From assembly GCA_944363525.1 (NCBI GenBank), contig CALVUF010000007.1, positions 29,402 to 93,401 of the forward strand: DNA of 64,000 nt. The letters run 5' to 3'. How positions within the stretch are numbered: position 1 is the first letter of the stretch; each line of letters begins with the position of its first letter. Source of the DNA: an uncultured Bacilli bacterium (GTDB lineage Bacteria > Bacillota_I > Bacilli_A > RFN20 > CAG-826). Of the stretch, positions 20,070 through 30,837 are shown in pieces. A program made the translations under genes and the position numbers. The notes beneath the pieces are model-generated. The model saw only the letters and a program-made list of their open reading frames with translations, ran no database searches and was not told the origin of the DNA.

Positions 20070-23000
20070 ATGCCAATCGATCAGCTCAATAATCCAACTT
20101 CTAGTGACAAGATCTACCTTGATATCGAATCCTCTAAGTCCATCTGCTACGTTAACTATCGGGCGGAGAAACTGATCAAGATTCGCCGTTCCTCGAGTAA
20201 GTCCAATATCTTTTCCTTTATCAAGCGGATCTCCATCAAGAACTTCACCGATAAGGATGTCTATAACGCCTATCTCCATTTCAATTTCCATTCGGATTCC
20301 ATCTCCATCGATGATGTCCCCCTTTCGTGCTTACAAGCCCACAAGATAACCACGGTCGATAGCTTTAACCTGATTCTTGATCCGAAGTTTTTATATGACC
20401 TATCGGAGGTCGAAGCCTTAACTGCTTCTATTTCATTGATTGGCGAGGACAACGAAACGATTGAATCCAAGAACATCGATATCCGCTTATTGCCCATTGC
20501 CCAATCGGCGGGCGAAGACTTTGTCCCCGAATCGATTGCCTCCTTTATCACGCCTAACGATGATGAGGTCCAAGAATTAGCTAACAAGGCTGCCTCCATC
20601 ATGGAGGATAAGTACCATACCTCCTCCTTCGTTGGTTACCAGACCCATGATCCCGAAACCGTCATGCATGAACTGGATGCTTTATATTTAGCCTTACAAC
20701 AATCCGGTATCCATTATTCCAATCCCCCGGCCTCTTTCGAAAAGACTTTCCAAAGAGTCCGGATGCCCAAAGACGTCATCAACGACAAGACCGCGACCTG
20801 TTTAGATTTCTCTTTGCTCTTTGCCTCGTTATGTGAAGCGGTAGGGCTAAATCCCTTACTTATCGTTTTGAATGACCATGCCTATAACGGGATATGGTTA
20901 GAGAACCTCCATTATCCGAATGCCATCTTTGATAACCTATCTGTTCTTTCTAACGATTGCTCCGATACCGATCGGCGGATGGTCTTAATTGATTCGACCA
21001 ATGCGGCCTCGGGGTCGGATATCAACTTCCAGGCGTCTTTATCGAAGGCGGCCGCCCTGCTGAACGTCGGCAAGTTCGATTACTGTCTTGATGTTAAGAC
21101 GGCTCGGGTAGATTACATCCTCCCTTTACCAACCCCTCATACGGTCAATGGCAAGACCGAGGTTAACTATGACGATACCATCGGGACTGAATACGATGTC
21201 CCGACCGTTGCTCCTTCCGCTGGTTCTTTGTCTTTAGAATCCAAAGGCAATAAGACCAAGTTCGATGTCTGGGAAGAAAACCTCTTAGACCTCGAGATGA
21301 GCAATAACCTCATCAACCATAAGATTGGGGCTTCCTCTGTTCAATTAGGCGCGGATGATGTCTTCGATTTCTATTCCCGAGCCAAAGACATCGATAAGTT
21401 AAGCGTTATTCCTGACAACGATCTAAAGGCCGAGGACCTTAAGCATTTCCTCGCCTTCCAGTTCTCCATCGAGGATAAGAAGCGCTTCAAAGGGGCCTTT
21501 GCTTCAAAAAGGGTCTATGCCTTCAATAAGAAGGGAGAGACTGAGGATACCCTTATTTCCTTAGCCCGGAAGGCCTCGACCCAAATCGAAGAAAGCGGGT
21601 GCAATCCCCTCTTCCTTACCTTAGGCATGGTCCATTGGTATGACAGCAATTTGTCGAAGCAGACGATTGCGGCCCCGATTATCTTGATCCCGGCCTCGAT
21701 GCCGAAAAGACGGTCCGGACCTTATTTCTCCTTAGAGCTGGACTTTGATTCGGCCCAGGTCAATGCCGCGGCCTTTGAATACTTCCGCCGGGCTTTCGAC
21801 CTCGACTTCTCCGAGCTTGACGGCTTCTTTGATTCCGACCGTTCCTCTGATGACTTAAAGAAACTATTCAATACCATTAGAGATAAGATTGCTTCTAAGG
21901 GTAACTGGATGGTCGATGATACGACGGTTACCTTATCGCTGTTCTCCTTTGCCCATTTCGTCATGTGGAATGACATGAAGACCCATCGGGATTTGTTTAT
22001 TCAAAACAAAGTCGTGGCTTCGATGGTCCATGGGAAGGAAGAGTACGATACCACCCCGAAGGAACTATATGAGAACAACCTGGACGACATCATTGCCCCG
22101 GATGATTTGGCGGTCCCCCTCAGCGCCGATTCCTCCCAACTATTGGCCATTAAGGCCTCGGATATGGGCCTATCCTTTGTCCTTGATGGTCCCCCGGGGA
22201 CCGGCAAGTCCCAAACCATTGCCAACATCATCGTCAACGCGATGTATAAGGGAAAGAAAGTATTGTTTGTCGCCGAGAAGGAAGTGGCCCTCGATGTCGT
22301 TAAGAACCGGTTGGATTCTTTATCCTTAGGTCGGTTCTGCTTGCAGATCCATTCGGCCAAAGCCAATAAGAAGGATGTCTTAGCTCAATTAGGGGAATCC
22401 TTAGCCACGGGACAAACTAGATCGGTTGAAGGGTTCAACGATGAGGCTAAGAAGCTAAAGGATGAACGGGATGCTTTGAACGCGACCCTAAAGGAGATCC
22501 ACGTTAAAGGCAATTACTTCGTCTCGCCTTATACGGCATTGATTAAGTACTTAGAGAATGAGTCCTCCAAAGGCAACTGCGAGGTTTCGTCCGACTATGC
22601 CAAGGCCATCGATGAAAAGAAGTATAACGAGGCCATCTCAACTATCGAGGATATCGTCGTCCTTGGCCATAACGTCAATGGGTATTATGGCAATCCCTTC
22701 ATCTATTATGGTTGCCGGGATTACTCATTGGATTTAAGAGAACAATTCCAAGAACGGCTTCCTTCTTTGATCGCCGCCTTGGAATCGTTCTCGACTGCTT
22801 ATAGCGCCCTCTCCAAGAAGATCGGCTTTGGGATGAAGCTATCGAAGAACAACGCTTACCGATTGGTTTATATCCTGAATCTCATTAAGGCTGATCCGAA
22901 ATTGTTCTTCCCCGATTTAATCGAAGGGGGAACCATCCTTAACGAGACGGTCAACATCAAGTCCTACTTCGATGGATTATTGGTCTTTCTAGCCTTAAAA

Positions 23001-25859
23001 GAAGAAGTGGGCAAGACCTTTGACTATGGGGTCTTGGACCTCGATGCCAGCGATTTGAAAAAGCATTTGGAGAATTCCTGGAATTACGGGTTCTTTGCCA
23101 AGCGTAAAGCCATCAAGCAAACCAAAAAGGCTTTAAAGCCCTTTGCTAAATTCAAGTTAAAGACCGGGGATTTGCAATCGATTCTCGATAAATTCATCCT
23201 TTTACGTCAAATGAAGGAGGATTTGGATAATCGGGCGGGGTATTGCACGATTATCTTCCCTGACGAGGATATGAAGACTTTGGCCGAGGCCCAGTTGGAT
23301 CAGGCCAAGATCAATAACAGTTTGGCCCTCTGCGATGCCATCCGTCATCTCGACGTCAGCGAGGATTCTGACTACAAAAAAGCCAACAAGGTCTTTGCCT
23401 CGATCATCAAATCGCCCGACAAACTATACGAAGAACGGATCGCCAATTTCCTTAACGCCGAAGCGGATCTCGTTAAAGCTAACAAAGAGTTGGAAGACCT
23501 CCATTTCGATATCGACGCCGCGGATGATTCCGATGTCTACTACGCCTATGCCTTAACCCAGATTAAGAACTCTTATCAAGGGTTAGAGAGACTGGGTGAG
23601 TGGTGCAAGCTTTTATCCTGCTTAGACAAAGCTGAGGCCGTCTTGCCCAAGTCTTTAATCGATAACTACAAAGGCGGCAAGGTAAGCCTATCTAAGCTTC
23701 GTTCCTCCTTCGATTGCGCCCTCTTCTACCGGATCGTCTCCTTATCGCTTAGCGAACTAGGACTTACTAACCTCTCTTCAGCTGAGACCGAACAACAGAT
23801 TGAGAAGTACAAGAAGACTTTAGCCGACTTCCAACGGTTAACGGTTGAGGAGACGGCAAGAAGGATTACCGCCTCCTTCCCTCGGACTGATGTTGAATAC
23901 GCCGAATCTTCTTTGGCTTATCAATTACGGAAGCTCATCAAGACCGCCGGGCGGGGCAAGACCCTTCGTTCGATCATCGATCAATATAGCGATGATATCT
24001 TTAGGCTCTGTCCCATCTTCTTGATGTCGCCTTTATCGGTCGCCCAATACCTTGATCCCAATAAGCATCATTTCGATATCGTCATCTTCGACGAAGCCTC
24101 CCAGATCCCAACCAGCGAAGCCATCGGGGCGATTGCTAGAGGCAACTCCTGCATCATCGCCGGCGATCAACAGCAAATGCCGCCGACTGATTTCTTTACC
24201 TCATCCTTGTCCTTCGCCGATCAGCCCAATGACGATGTCGTCGTCTACAGTGACCTCGAATCCCTCCTTGATGACGCGATAGCTTTGAACTTACCTCGTT
24301 ATCGTCTCTCTTGGCATTATCGGAGCCATCATGAGTCCCTCATTGCTTTCAGTAATAACCGTTTCTATGACAATACCCTTTGCACCTTCCCATCCCCTTC
24401 TAACCAGGAAAGTCAGGTTCATTTGGTTCGGGTCAATGGCCATTATGAGAAAGGCCGGGGCGTGAACCGGGAAGAAGCCAAAGCCATCGTCAATGAGGTT
24501 ATCAGACGTTGTAAGGACCCCGAACTCAGCAAGTTCTCGATCGGCATCGTCACCTTCAATAAGAAGCAGCAGGATCTCATCACCGATATGCTTGATTCCA
24601 AGTTCTTCTCCTCAACAAGCTTGAATCGGACGCCCGGCGGGGAAGAGATCTTCGTCAAGAACCTCGAGAACGTCCAAGGGGATGAACGGGATGTCATCCT
24701 CTTCTCCGTCTGCTTCGGTCCGGATAAGAAGACCAAGAAGATGAACCTGAACTTTGGACCGCTTAGCCGGGAAAAGGGCGAAAGACGGTTAAACGTTGCC
24801 GTATCAAGGGCTAAGGAGGAGATGGTCGTCTTCTGTTCGTGCCGGCCTGAGGACATCCGGGCCTACTCGGCGAAAAACAGCGGCGCCGAGTTCCTCCGTT
24901 CCTTCCTAATCTACGCCGAATCGGGGGTCCGTTCCTTGGCCAATCAATCGAGTTGGGACATCAAGCCCGAGGATTTATCAATCGCTTCCTTCCTGGCCTC
25001 TGATTTGCTTCGGGACGGTTATCAAGTCGATATCAATGTCGGGGCCAGTGAATTCAAGGTCGACATTGCCATCAAGGATCCCCTTGATCCTGACCATTAT
25101 GCCTTAGGGGTCTTAGTCGATGGGCCATCCTATGCCTCGCCTTCCTATACCTGCGATGACCGGAACGTGGTGGCCCCGACCGTCCTCAATAACCTTTCCT
25201 GGCGTTTGATGCGGGTTTGGTCGGTCGAGTACCTTGACCATCCGGGTTTAGTGGTTCGGAAAATCGAGAAAGAGTTAAGCGCGCCACGGTCAGCCACCGA
25301 GGTCAAGGAACAGGCGACCAAACCTGTCTCATTGGTTAAGGCGACTCCGGATAATCCCTACCCCCATAAGAAGGAATATCCAGCCGTTAACTATGCTCAT
25401 CTGGTTAATATCATTCGGGATTTGCCAGGGGCGATCGCCGGGGTGTTAGCCAATGAATCGCCTATCTCCATGACTCTTCTTAAGAAAAGGGTTCGCGATA
25501 TCTATTCCCTTAAACGGGTCGACAATAAGATGCTGTACCGTATTCAGACGATCCTTCGGCAACTATCAGCCTATGGCGAGGAATTCGATAACGAAATCTA
25601 TTGGTGGGCCTCTTCCTTAGATCCCGAATCCTATGACGCTTATCGCGTTGGCGGTGACCGGGAGATCGGAGACGTGTCTAGACAAGAGATACTGCTCGCC
25701 AAAGATGACATTGAATCGTTACAGGGCAAGATCAGCGATGACGATTTATGCCACGAGATATTGGAACTGCTCGGATTCAACGTTTTGTCCGAACGGAGCA
25801 AGACTCATATCGTTCGGGCGATCAATGGTGACTTGACGTCAAATGACGAGGGAATTTGA
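20070..25859 (+). CDS. DUF4011-SF1 helicase-Vsr-like nuclease protein with N-terminal transglutaminase-like domain (Hhe-like putative anti-phage protein)
   Basis: TCLDFSLLFAS...HA (transglutaminase-like); WEENLLDL (DUF4011); GPPGTGKS, IFDEASQ, GDQQQMPP, HYRS, VQGDERD, RRLNVAVSRA (SF1 helicase); KVDIAI...DG...WRLMRVWS (Vsr-like). Confidence 0.85.
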   Translation: MPIDQLNNPTSSDKIYLDIESSKSICYVNYRAEKLIKIRRSSSKSNIFSFIKRISIKNFTDKDVYNAYLHFNFHSDSISIDDVPLSCLQAHKITTVDSFNLILDPKFLYDLSEVEALTASISLIGEDNETIESKNIDIRLLPIAQSAGEDFVPESIASFITPNDDEVQELANKAASIMEDKYHTSSFVGYQTHDPETVMHELDALYLALQQSGIHYSNPPASFEKTFQRVRMPKDVINDKTATCLDFSLLFASLCEAVGLNPLLIVLNDHAYNGIWLENLHYPNAIFDNLSVLSNDCSDTDRRMVLIDSTNAASGSDINFQASLSKAAALLNVGKFDYCLDVKTARVDYILPLPTPHTVNGKTEVNYDDTIGTEYDVPTVAPSAGSLSLESKGNKTKFDVWEENLLDLEMSNNLINHKIGASSVQLGADDVFDFYSRAKDIDKLSVIPDNDLKAEDLKHFLAFQFSIEDKKRFKGAFASKRVYAFNKKGETEDTLISLARKASTQIEESGCNPLFLTLGMVHWYDSNLSKQTIAAPIILIPASMPKRRSGPYFSLELDFDSAQVNAAAFEYFRRAFDLDFSELDGFFDSDRSSDDLKKLFNTIRDKIASKGNWMVDDTTVTLSLFSFAHFVMWNDMKTHRDLFIQNKVVASMVHGKEEYDTTPKELYENNLDDIIAPDDLAVPLSADSSQLLAIKASDMGLSFVLDGPPGTGKSQTIANIIVNAMYKGKKVLFVAEKEVALDVVKNRLDSLSLGRFCLQIHSAKANKKDVLAQLGESLATGQTRSVEGFNDEAKKLKDERDALNATLKEIHVKGNYFVSPYTALIKYLENESSKGNCEVSSDYAKAIDEKKYNEAISTIEDIVVLGHNVNGYYGNPFIYYGCRDYSLDLREQFQERLPSLIAALESFSTAYSALSKKIGFGMKLSKNNAYRLVYILNLIKADPKLFFPDLIEGGTILNETVNIKSYFDGLLVFLALKEEVGKTFDYGVLDLDASDLKKHLENSWNYGFFAKRKAIKQTKKALKPFAKFKLKTGDLQSILDKFILLRQMKEDLDNRAGYCTIIFPDEDMKTLAEAQLDQAKINNSLALCDAIRHLDVSEDSDYKKANKVFASIIKSPDKLYEERIANFLNAEADLVKANKELEDLHFDIDAADDSDVYYAYALTQIKNSYQGLERLGEWCKLLSCLDKAEAVLPKSLIDNYKGGKVSLSKLRSSFDCALFYRIVSLSLSELGLTNLSSAETEQQIEKYKKTLADFQRLTVEETARRITASFPRTDVEYAESSLAYQLRKLIKTAGRGKTLRSIIDQYSDDIFRLCPIFLMSPLSVAQYLDPNKHHFDIVIFDEASQIPTSEAIGAIARGNSCIIAGDQQQMPPTDFFTSSLSFADQPNDDVVVYSDLESLLDDAIALNLPRYRLSWHYRSHHESLIAFSNNRFYDNTLCTFPSPSNQESQVHLVRVNGHYEKGRGVNREEAKAIVNEVIRRCKDPELSKFSIGIVTFNKKQQDLITDMLDSKFFSSTSLNRTPGGEEIFVKNLENVQGDERDVILFSVCFGPDKKTKKMNLNFGPLSREKGERRLNVAVSRAKEEMVVFCSCRPEDIRAYSAKNSGAEFLRSFLIYAESGVRSLANQSSWDIKPEDLSIASFLASDLLRDGYQVDINVGASEFKVDIAIKDPLDPDHYALGVLVDGPSYASPSYTCDDRNVVAPTVLNNLSWRLMRVWSVEYLDHPGLVVRKIEKELSAPRSATEVKEQATKPVSLVKATPDNPYPHKKEYPAVNYAHLVNIIRDLPGAIAGVLANESPISMTLLKKRVRDIYSLKRVDNKMLYRIQTILRQLSAYGEEFDNEIYWWASSLDPESYDAYRVGGDREIGDVSRQEILLAKDDIESLQGKISDDDLCHEILELLGFNVLSERSKTHIVRAINGDLTSNDEGI

Positions 25860-25898
25860 CCTTTGGTCTTGACCTGTGTACGATACCCACGTTTGCTT

Positions 25899-26531
25899 AT
25901 GGAAAACCAAGAAACCCCATATCAATTTAGAACGAGCCAAAAGATATATCTTCCCTTCAAAAGGTTCTGCGATATCTTCTGCTCCTTATTAGCCATTATC
26001 TTGTTGAGCTGGTTGCTTATATTCGCGGCCATCATCACCAAGTGCACCTCCAAAGGGCCGGTCCTCTTCAAGCAGAAGCGGATCGGCAAGGACGAAAGGC
26101 TTTTTACCGTCTATAAGTTCCGCTCGATGCGGATCGACGCCCCCCAAGTCGCGACTAGCGAGCTCGCCGTGGGCGAGCAAAAGGACTTGACCACCAAATG
26201 GGGCCGGATCATGCGGAAGACGTCAATCGATGAACTTCCCCAGTTGTTCAATATCCTCTTTGGCCAGATGTCTTTTGTTGGGCCCCGCCCGGGCCAGGAT
26301 AAAGACCACGAGATGGAATTATATGTCGCTAGGCATAATTCCAACCCTTCGGCCTATATGGTCCGTCCCGGCTTATCCGGCATGGCCCAGATATACATGC
26401 ACCGGGACCATGATCCGATCAAGAAGGCCGAATGGGATTCGAAGTATGTCCGCTCGGTCTCGGCTTGGACCGACATTAAGCTATTCGTTTTGTCCTTCTT
26501 CGTCTTGTTCGGCTATGACGCCGGAAGGTAA
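25899..26531 (+). CDS. Priming sugar transferase (bacterial sugar transferase family)
   Basis: KRFCDI, YKFRSM, RKTSIDELPQLFNI..G.MSFVGPRP and RPGLSG.AQ motifs. Confidence 0.92.
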   Translation: MENQETPYQFRTSQKIYLPFKRFCDIFCSLLAIILLSWLLIFAAIITKCTSKGPVLFKQKRIGKDERLFTVYKFRSMRIDAPQVATSELAVGEQKDLTTKWGRIMRKTSIDELPQLFNILFGQMSFVGPRPGQDKDHEMELYVARHNSNPSAYMVRPGLSGMAQIYMHRDHDPIKKAEWDSKYVRSVSAWTDIKLFVLSFFVLFGYDAGR

Positions 26532-26595
26532 TTCATTATCTTCTTCTTTTGTTCTATAATCCCCCCGTCACCAAGAAAGGAAACTTAGACACCCT

Positions 26596-27303
26596 ATGAT
26601 CAAATTAGTCTTGCTCCGGCACGGCCAATCGGAATGGAACCTCAAGAACCTTTTCACCGGCTGGACCGATGTCGAACTATCCGAAACCGGCGTCAAGGAA
26701 GCCCATGGGGCCGGCAAAGCCCTCAAGGAAAACGGCTATTCCTTCGACATCGCCTTCTCTTCGGTTCTTAAAAGAGCCAACCACACGATGGATTACGCTT
26801 TGGAAGAGATGGGGGAAACCAATATCCCGAAGTTCTATTCCTGGCGGTTGAACGAACGCCATTACGGGGCCCTCCAAGGGCTCAACAAAGCCGAATCGGC
26901 CAAGAAGTGGGGCGATGAGCAGGTCCACATCTGGCGTCGATCGGCCGATGTCCCGCCTCTAGCCTTAACCAAAGACGACGAAAGATGGCCGGGCAACCAG
27001 GAGAAGTACAAAGAACTGATCGCCAAAGGCGAGATGACGATCGATGATTGCCCCCTCACCGAGTGCCTCATCGACACCGCCAAACGGGTCAAGCCCTATT
27101 GGGATGAGAAGATCGCCCCCGAGATCAAAGCCGGCAAGAAAGTCTTGGTCGCCGCCCACGGGAACTCCCTCCGGGCCATTGTCATGATGCTCGAGAACCT
27201 GACCCCGGAACAGATCATCTCGGTCGAGATCCCGACGGGCAAACCCCTCGTCTACGAATTGGACGAAAAGACCCTCAAGGTCCTCAACAAGTACTACCTC
27301 TAA
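26596..27303 (+). CDS. gpmA: 2,3-bisphosphoglycerate-dependent phosphoglycerate mutase
   Basis: [35 protein letters not shown] and IPTG.PLVYE motifs. Confidence 0.97.
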   Translation: MIKLVLLRHGQSEWNLKNLFTGWTDVELSETGVKEAHGAGKALKENGYSFDIAFSSVLKRANHTMDYALEEMGETNIPKFYSWRLNERHYGALQGLNKAESAKKWGDEQVHIWRRSADVPPLALTKDDERWPGNQEKYKELIAKGEMTIDDCPLTECLIDTAKRVKPYWDEKIAPEIKAGKKVLVAAHGNSLRAIVMMLENLTPEQIISVEIPTGKPLVYELDEKTLKVLNKYYL

Positions 27304-27323
27304 TTAGGGATAAGCAAACATTT

Positions 27324-27347
27324 GGATGGGCACTGTCCCATCCTTTT
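27324..27347 (+). terminator. Rho-independent terminator of gpmA
   Basis: GGATGGG-CACTGT-CCCATCC followed by TTTT. Confidence 0.75.
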
Positions 27348-27363
27348 GTTTTATCATTTAGCT

Positions 27364-28278
27364 ATGGGAAGACGACGCCTAAGCGAGATCTTAATCAATC
27401 CTGGCTGGATTGGCTCGCTTTTATCTTTTCTTTGCGTTGCTTCTTTTACCTTAGGCATCTACTTCAACTACGCCTATTACGGGAATATCCCTCTATATGT
27501 CGTTTTGGCCTTACTGGACCTTCTATCCTTTGGTTACCTGGTCTACCTCATCGTCATCTTCTGCATCCATATTTACAAGACCCGGGTCTATCCTTGGCTA
27601 TATGACCATAAGCTGACGAAGCCTTTAGTTACTAACTACGCCTTGCAATCGGCGGTGTCGGCCGTTATCTCGGTCGCCATCAACGTCGGGTTCGCCGTCT
27701 TCAATATGGTTATCGCCCTTTTGAACGGTTCAATCTGGTATGGGGCTTTTGCCGCCTATTACTTTGTGCTTATTGGCTTACGGACCGCGACCGTCAGCAC
27801 TTACTATCGGGCGGCTAGAAAGCATTGGTTCGATAAGAAAGCCCTCGAACTGGCAAAGAAGAAGATATCCTTAGTTACCGGCTGCTTCCTATTCTTAATG
27901 GAAGCCTCGATGGCTTTCTTAATCGGCCATATGGTGAGCGATACCCCGCCGGTGGTTCAGTCAGTCGCCTTCGCCGTGGTCAACGCCATCTATGCTTTGT
28001 ATAAATTAATCGTCGCCATCGTCAACACGGTTTTATCTCGCTTAAGCGGCGATTCAATTGGCAAGACGTTAAAAGACATATCGCTAGCTGATACCTGTAT
28101 GTCCTTAATGAGCTTGACCGTGGTCCTGATCTCGACCTTTGGGGCCGAGCCTTATATCGCTATCAAAGCGATCGTCGGCTTCGGGGCTTGCTTGGTGGTC
28201 GGCTTCCTCTGCGTCTTAACGATCGTTCGGGAAGCGGTGGGGATATACCGGTTCCACGCTCAATCCAAGAACGGATGA
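27364..28278 (+). CDS. Hypothetical integral membrane protein
   Basis: About 8 hydrophobic segments; TATCAT -10 box 6 nt before ATG 27364. Confidence 0.75.
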   Translation: MGRRRLSEILINPGWIGSLLSFLCVASFTLGIYFNYAYYGNIPLYVVLALLDLLSFGYLVYLIVIFCIHIYKTRVYPWLYDHKLTKPLVTNYALQSAVSAVISVAINVGFAVFNMVIALLNGSIWYGAFAAYYFVLIGLRTATVSTYYRAARKHWFDKKALELAKKKISLVTGCFLFLMEASMAFLIGHMVSDTPPVVQSVAFAVVNAIYALYKLIVAIVNTVLSRLSGDSIGKTLKDISLADTCMSLMSLTVVLISTFGAEPYIAIKAIVGFGACLVVGFLCVLTIVREAVGIYRFHAQSKNG

Positions 28279-29456
28279 TCGAGGTGGAGGACAAAGTTAT
28301 GCTTGACCGGTTCGTTTGCGAACCCGTCAACTAGCGCTTTCTTAATGGTCTCGATGTCGGCTTTCTTATCTTCATAAGGAACCACCACGTCGAAGATGAC
28401 GTTGGTGTGGGTCTCGCCTTTGACTAACCGGAAATCATGGATCGATAAGGATGGGTCAAAGGAATGGAGGAGGGCGATGCACTTTTTCTTCGTCTCGTTG
28501 GTCTCCTTATCGTCTAAGACCACCGGATCCATATGGATGGTGATCTCGACCCCGAATCTTTCTTTTATCTCTTCTTCGATATTATCGATATGGTCATGGA
28601 TATCGACGATATCCTCGTGGCTATCGACCTCAGCATGAAGGGAGATGAACATCTTATTCGGCCCATAGGAATGGCAGATGACATCATGGACCCCTTTGAT
28701 CTCCGGATGGGCCATGACCGCGTCGATGATCTTTTTGGCATAGCCCTTATCGGTCGCCTCGCCGATTAAAGGAGACGAGGTCTCCTTGACCATCTTGATG
28801 CCCGAGACGGCGATGACGACCGAAAGGGCAATGCCTAAATAGCCGTCTAAGAAGCCAAGCGGATAGAATAAGGAGATTAAGGCTAAGATGGCGATGACCC
28901 CGGTCGAGATCGAATCGGTGAAGGAATCGGTCGCGGTGGCTTTTAGACTGGGGGAATCGATGGCTTTGCCTAAGCCTAAGTTCACATAGCCTTGGAATAT
29001 CTTTAAGAACACCGAGACGAACATGACGATGACGGCAAAGAGGTCATAGACGGCTTCTTCTTGGTTAATGATCTTCTCAACCGAGGTCATCAATAATTCT
29101 AAGCCAGCGGCGATGACGAAGACGGCGACCACTAAGCCGGCGATGTATTCGATTCTTTGATGGCCAAAGGGATGGTCGGCGTCAGCCGGTTTCTGGCTGA
29201 GTTTGAACCCGACTAAGGTGATGATTGAGGAGGCGGCGTCGGAGATGTTATTGACCGCATCGCCGATTAAAGCCATTGAGAAGATCCAGTGGTTATTGGC
29301 GGCCGAAACGAAGGCAGCCGTCAGCTTCAAGATGATGAGCAGGCAATTGGTGATGATCCCGAAGATGCCGCCTAAGCGTCCATGGGCGTACCTAACGTCC
29401 TCGTTATCGACTTGATCGTAATGCTTGATGAACAGTTTTCTTAATAGGGTGACCAT
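28260..29456 (-). CDS. Cation diffusion facilitator family transporter
   Basis: DAVNNISD, KPADADHPFGHQRIEY, DSFTD, HDVICHSYG and TIHMDP motifs. Confidence 0.93.
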   Translation of the reverse strand: MVTLLRKLFIKHYDQVDNEDVRYAHGRLGGIFGIITNCLLIILKLTAAFVSAANNHWIFSMALIGDAVNNISDAASSIITLVGFKLSQKPADADHPFGHQRIEYIAGLVVAVFVIAAGLELLMTSVEKIINQEEAVYDLFAVIVMFVSVFLKIFQGYVNLGLGKAIDSPSLKATATDSFTDSISTGVIAILALISLFYPLGFLDGYLGIALSVVIAVSGIKMVKETSSPLIGEATDKGYAKKIIDAVMAHPEIKGVHDVICHSYGPNKMFISLHAEVDSHEDIVDIHDHIDNIEEEIKERFGVEITIHMDPVVLDDKETNETKKKCIALLHSFDPSLSIHDFRLVKGETHTNVIFDVVVPYEDKKADIETIKKALVDGFANEPVKHNFVLHLDHPFLD

Positions 29457-29530
29457 AACGGGTAAAAGGTATAGCACCTTCGATTGGCGATTTCCACTAG
29501 ACCGCTGAAGATGGGATAATAAGATTCAAC

Positions 29531-30736
29531 ATGGGAAGCAACGTTAAGCATATCGTCGTGGTCGGGGCTGGGTATGTCGGTTTATCCAATGCCTTGGTCT
29601 TAGCTCGCCATAATGATGTCACTTTGGTCGATATCAACCCCCAGCGGATATCGCTATTGCAGCAAGGCCATTCCCCGATTGAGGAAGAGGATATCGAGGA
29701 GTATCTACCTTCCTCTAATTTATCTTTCGCCTTGGTTGATCCAGACGTTTATAAGGGTGCGGATATCGTCTTAATCGCCGTTCCGACCAATTACGATCCC
29801 GCCCTCCACCATTTTGATACCAACAATGTCGATGGGGTGGTGGAGGCGGTTCTCTCGGTCAATCCTTTGGCCCGGATTGTCATTAAGTCGACCGTTCCGG
29901 TCGGATATACCTTCGCCAAGGCTAAGCAATATCCTTCGTCTGAGATCTATTTCTCCCCTGAGTTCTTGCGAGAGGGCAAGGCCTTATACGATAACCTCCA
30001 TCCCTCTCGGATCATCGTTGGGGTCACCAGCCGAGACAATGAACGGTTAGCCTTCGCCGATGAGTTTATCAATTTGCTGAAGGCGGGCTCGGATGAAGAA
30101 GAGGTCGCTTCCTTCGTCATGGGCTCCTCGGAGGCCGAGGCGGTTAAGCTATTCGCCAATACCTATCTGGCCTTGCGGATCGCTTACTTCAATGAGCTCG
30201 ATTCCTATGCCGAGACCCAAGGGCTTAATACGAAAGAGATTATTGAGGGGGTCAGTTACGATCCGCGGATTGGGGATTATTACAACAACCCCTCTTTTGG
30301 CTACGGGGGTTATTGCTTACCCAAGGATACTAAGCAGCTTAAAGCCAACTTCGCTTCCGTCCCCAATAACCTCATCGGGGCCATCATTGAGTCGAACAAT
30401 ACCCGGAAGGACTTCATCGCCGAGCAGATAGCCAAGAAGGTTCAGGGAATTGATGATCCTCTTGTCGGCGTGTATCGCTTAACGATGAAAAGCCATTCCG
30501 ATAACTTCCGGGAATCCTCGGTCATCGGGATCATCAATCGGCTGGAGGATAAGCATATTCGCTTGGTTATCTATGAGCCGTTATTAAAAGACGGGGAATT
30601 TGAAGGGATAAAGGTCATCAATAACCTAAATGAATTCAAATCCCAATGCGATTTGGTCATCAGCAACCGAATGGATCAGGAATTGCAGGATATTTCCTCT
30701 AAGGTCTATACTCGGGATTTGTATCAAAGGGATTGA
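29531..30736 (+). CDS. ugd: UDP-glucose 6-dehydrogenase
   Basis: GAGYVG, IKSTVP, SPEFLREG, EAEAVKLFAN, GYGGYCLPKD and KVYTRD motifs. Confidence 0.96.
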   Translation: MGSNVKHIVVVGAGYVGLSNALVLARHNDVTLVDINPQRISLLQQGHSPIEEEDIEEYLPSSNLSFALVDPDVYKGADIVLIAVPTNYDPALHHFDTNNVDGVVEAVLSVNPLARIVIKSTVPVGYTFAKAKQYPSSEIYFSPEFLREGKALYDNLHPSRIIVGVTSRDNERLAFADEFINLLKAGSDEEEVASFVMGSSEAEAVKLFANTYLALRIAYFNELDSYAETQGLNTKEIIEGVSYDPRIGDYYNNPSFGYGGYCLPKDTKQLKANFASVPNNLIGAIIESNNTRKDFIAEQIAKKVQGIDDPLVGVYRLTMKSHSDNFRESSVIGIINRLEDKHIRLVIYEPLLKDGEFEGIKVINNLNEFKSQCDLVISNRMDQELQDISSKVYTRDLYQRD

Positions 30737-30780
30737 TTTCCCTTCCTTATTTGCAGGCTTTTTCCGTTGTTAGGTTGCGT

Positions 30781-30837
30781 TTGCCACATTCTGCTACGTT
30801 TGCTACAACCTGCTACAAATGCTACAAGTTGCTACAA
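30781..30837. repeat. Tandem array of TGCTACAA-like units, period 9-11 bp
   Basis: Exact units at 30801, 30811, 30820, 30830 and degenerate units at 30782, 30792; the last unit contains the TAG stop of the adjacent minus-strand gene. Confidence 0.85.
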
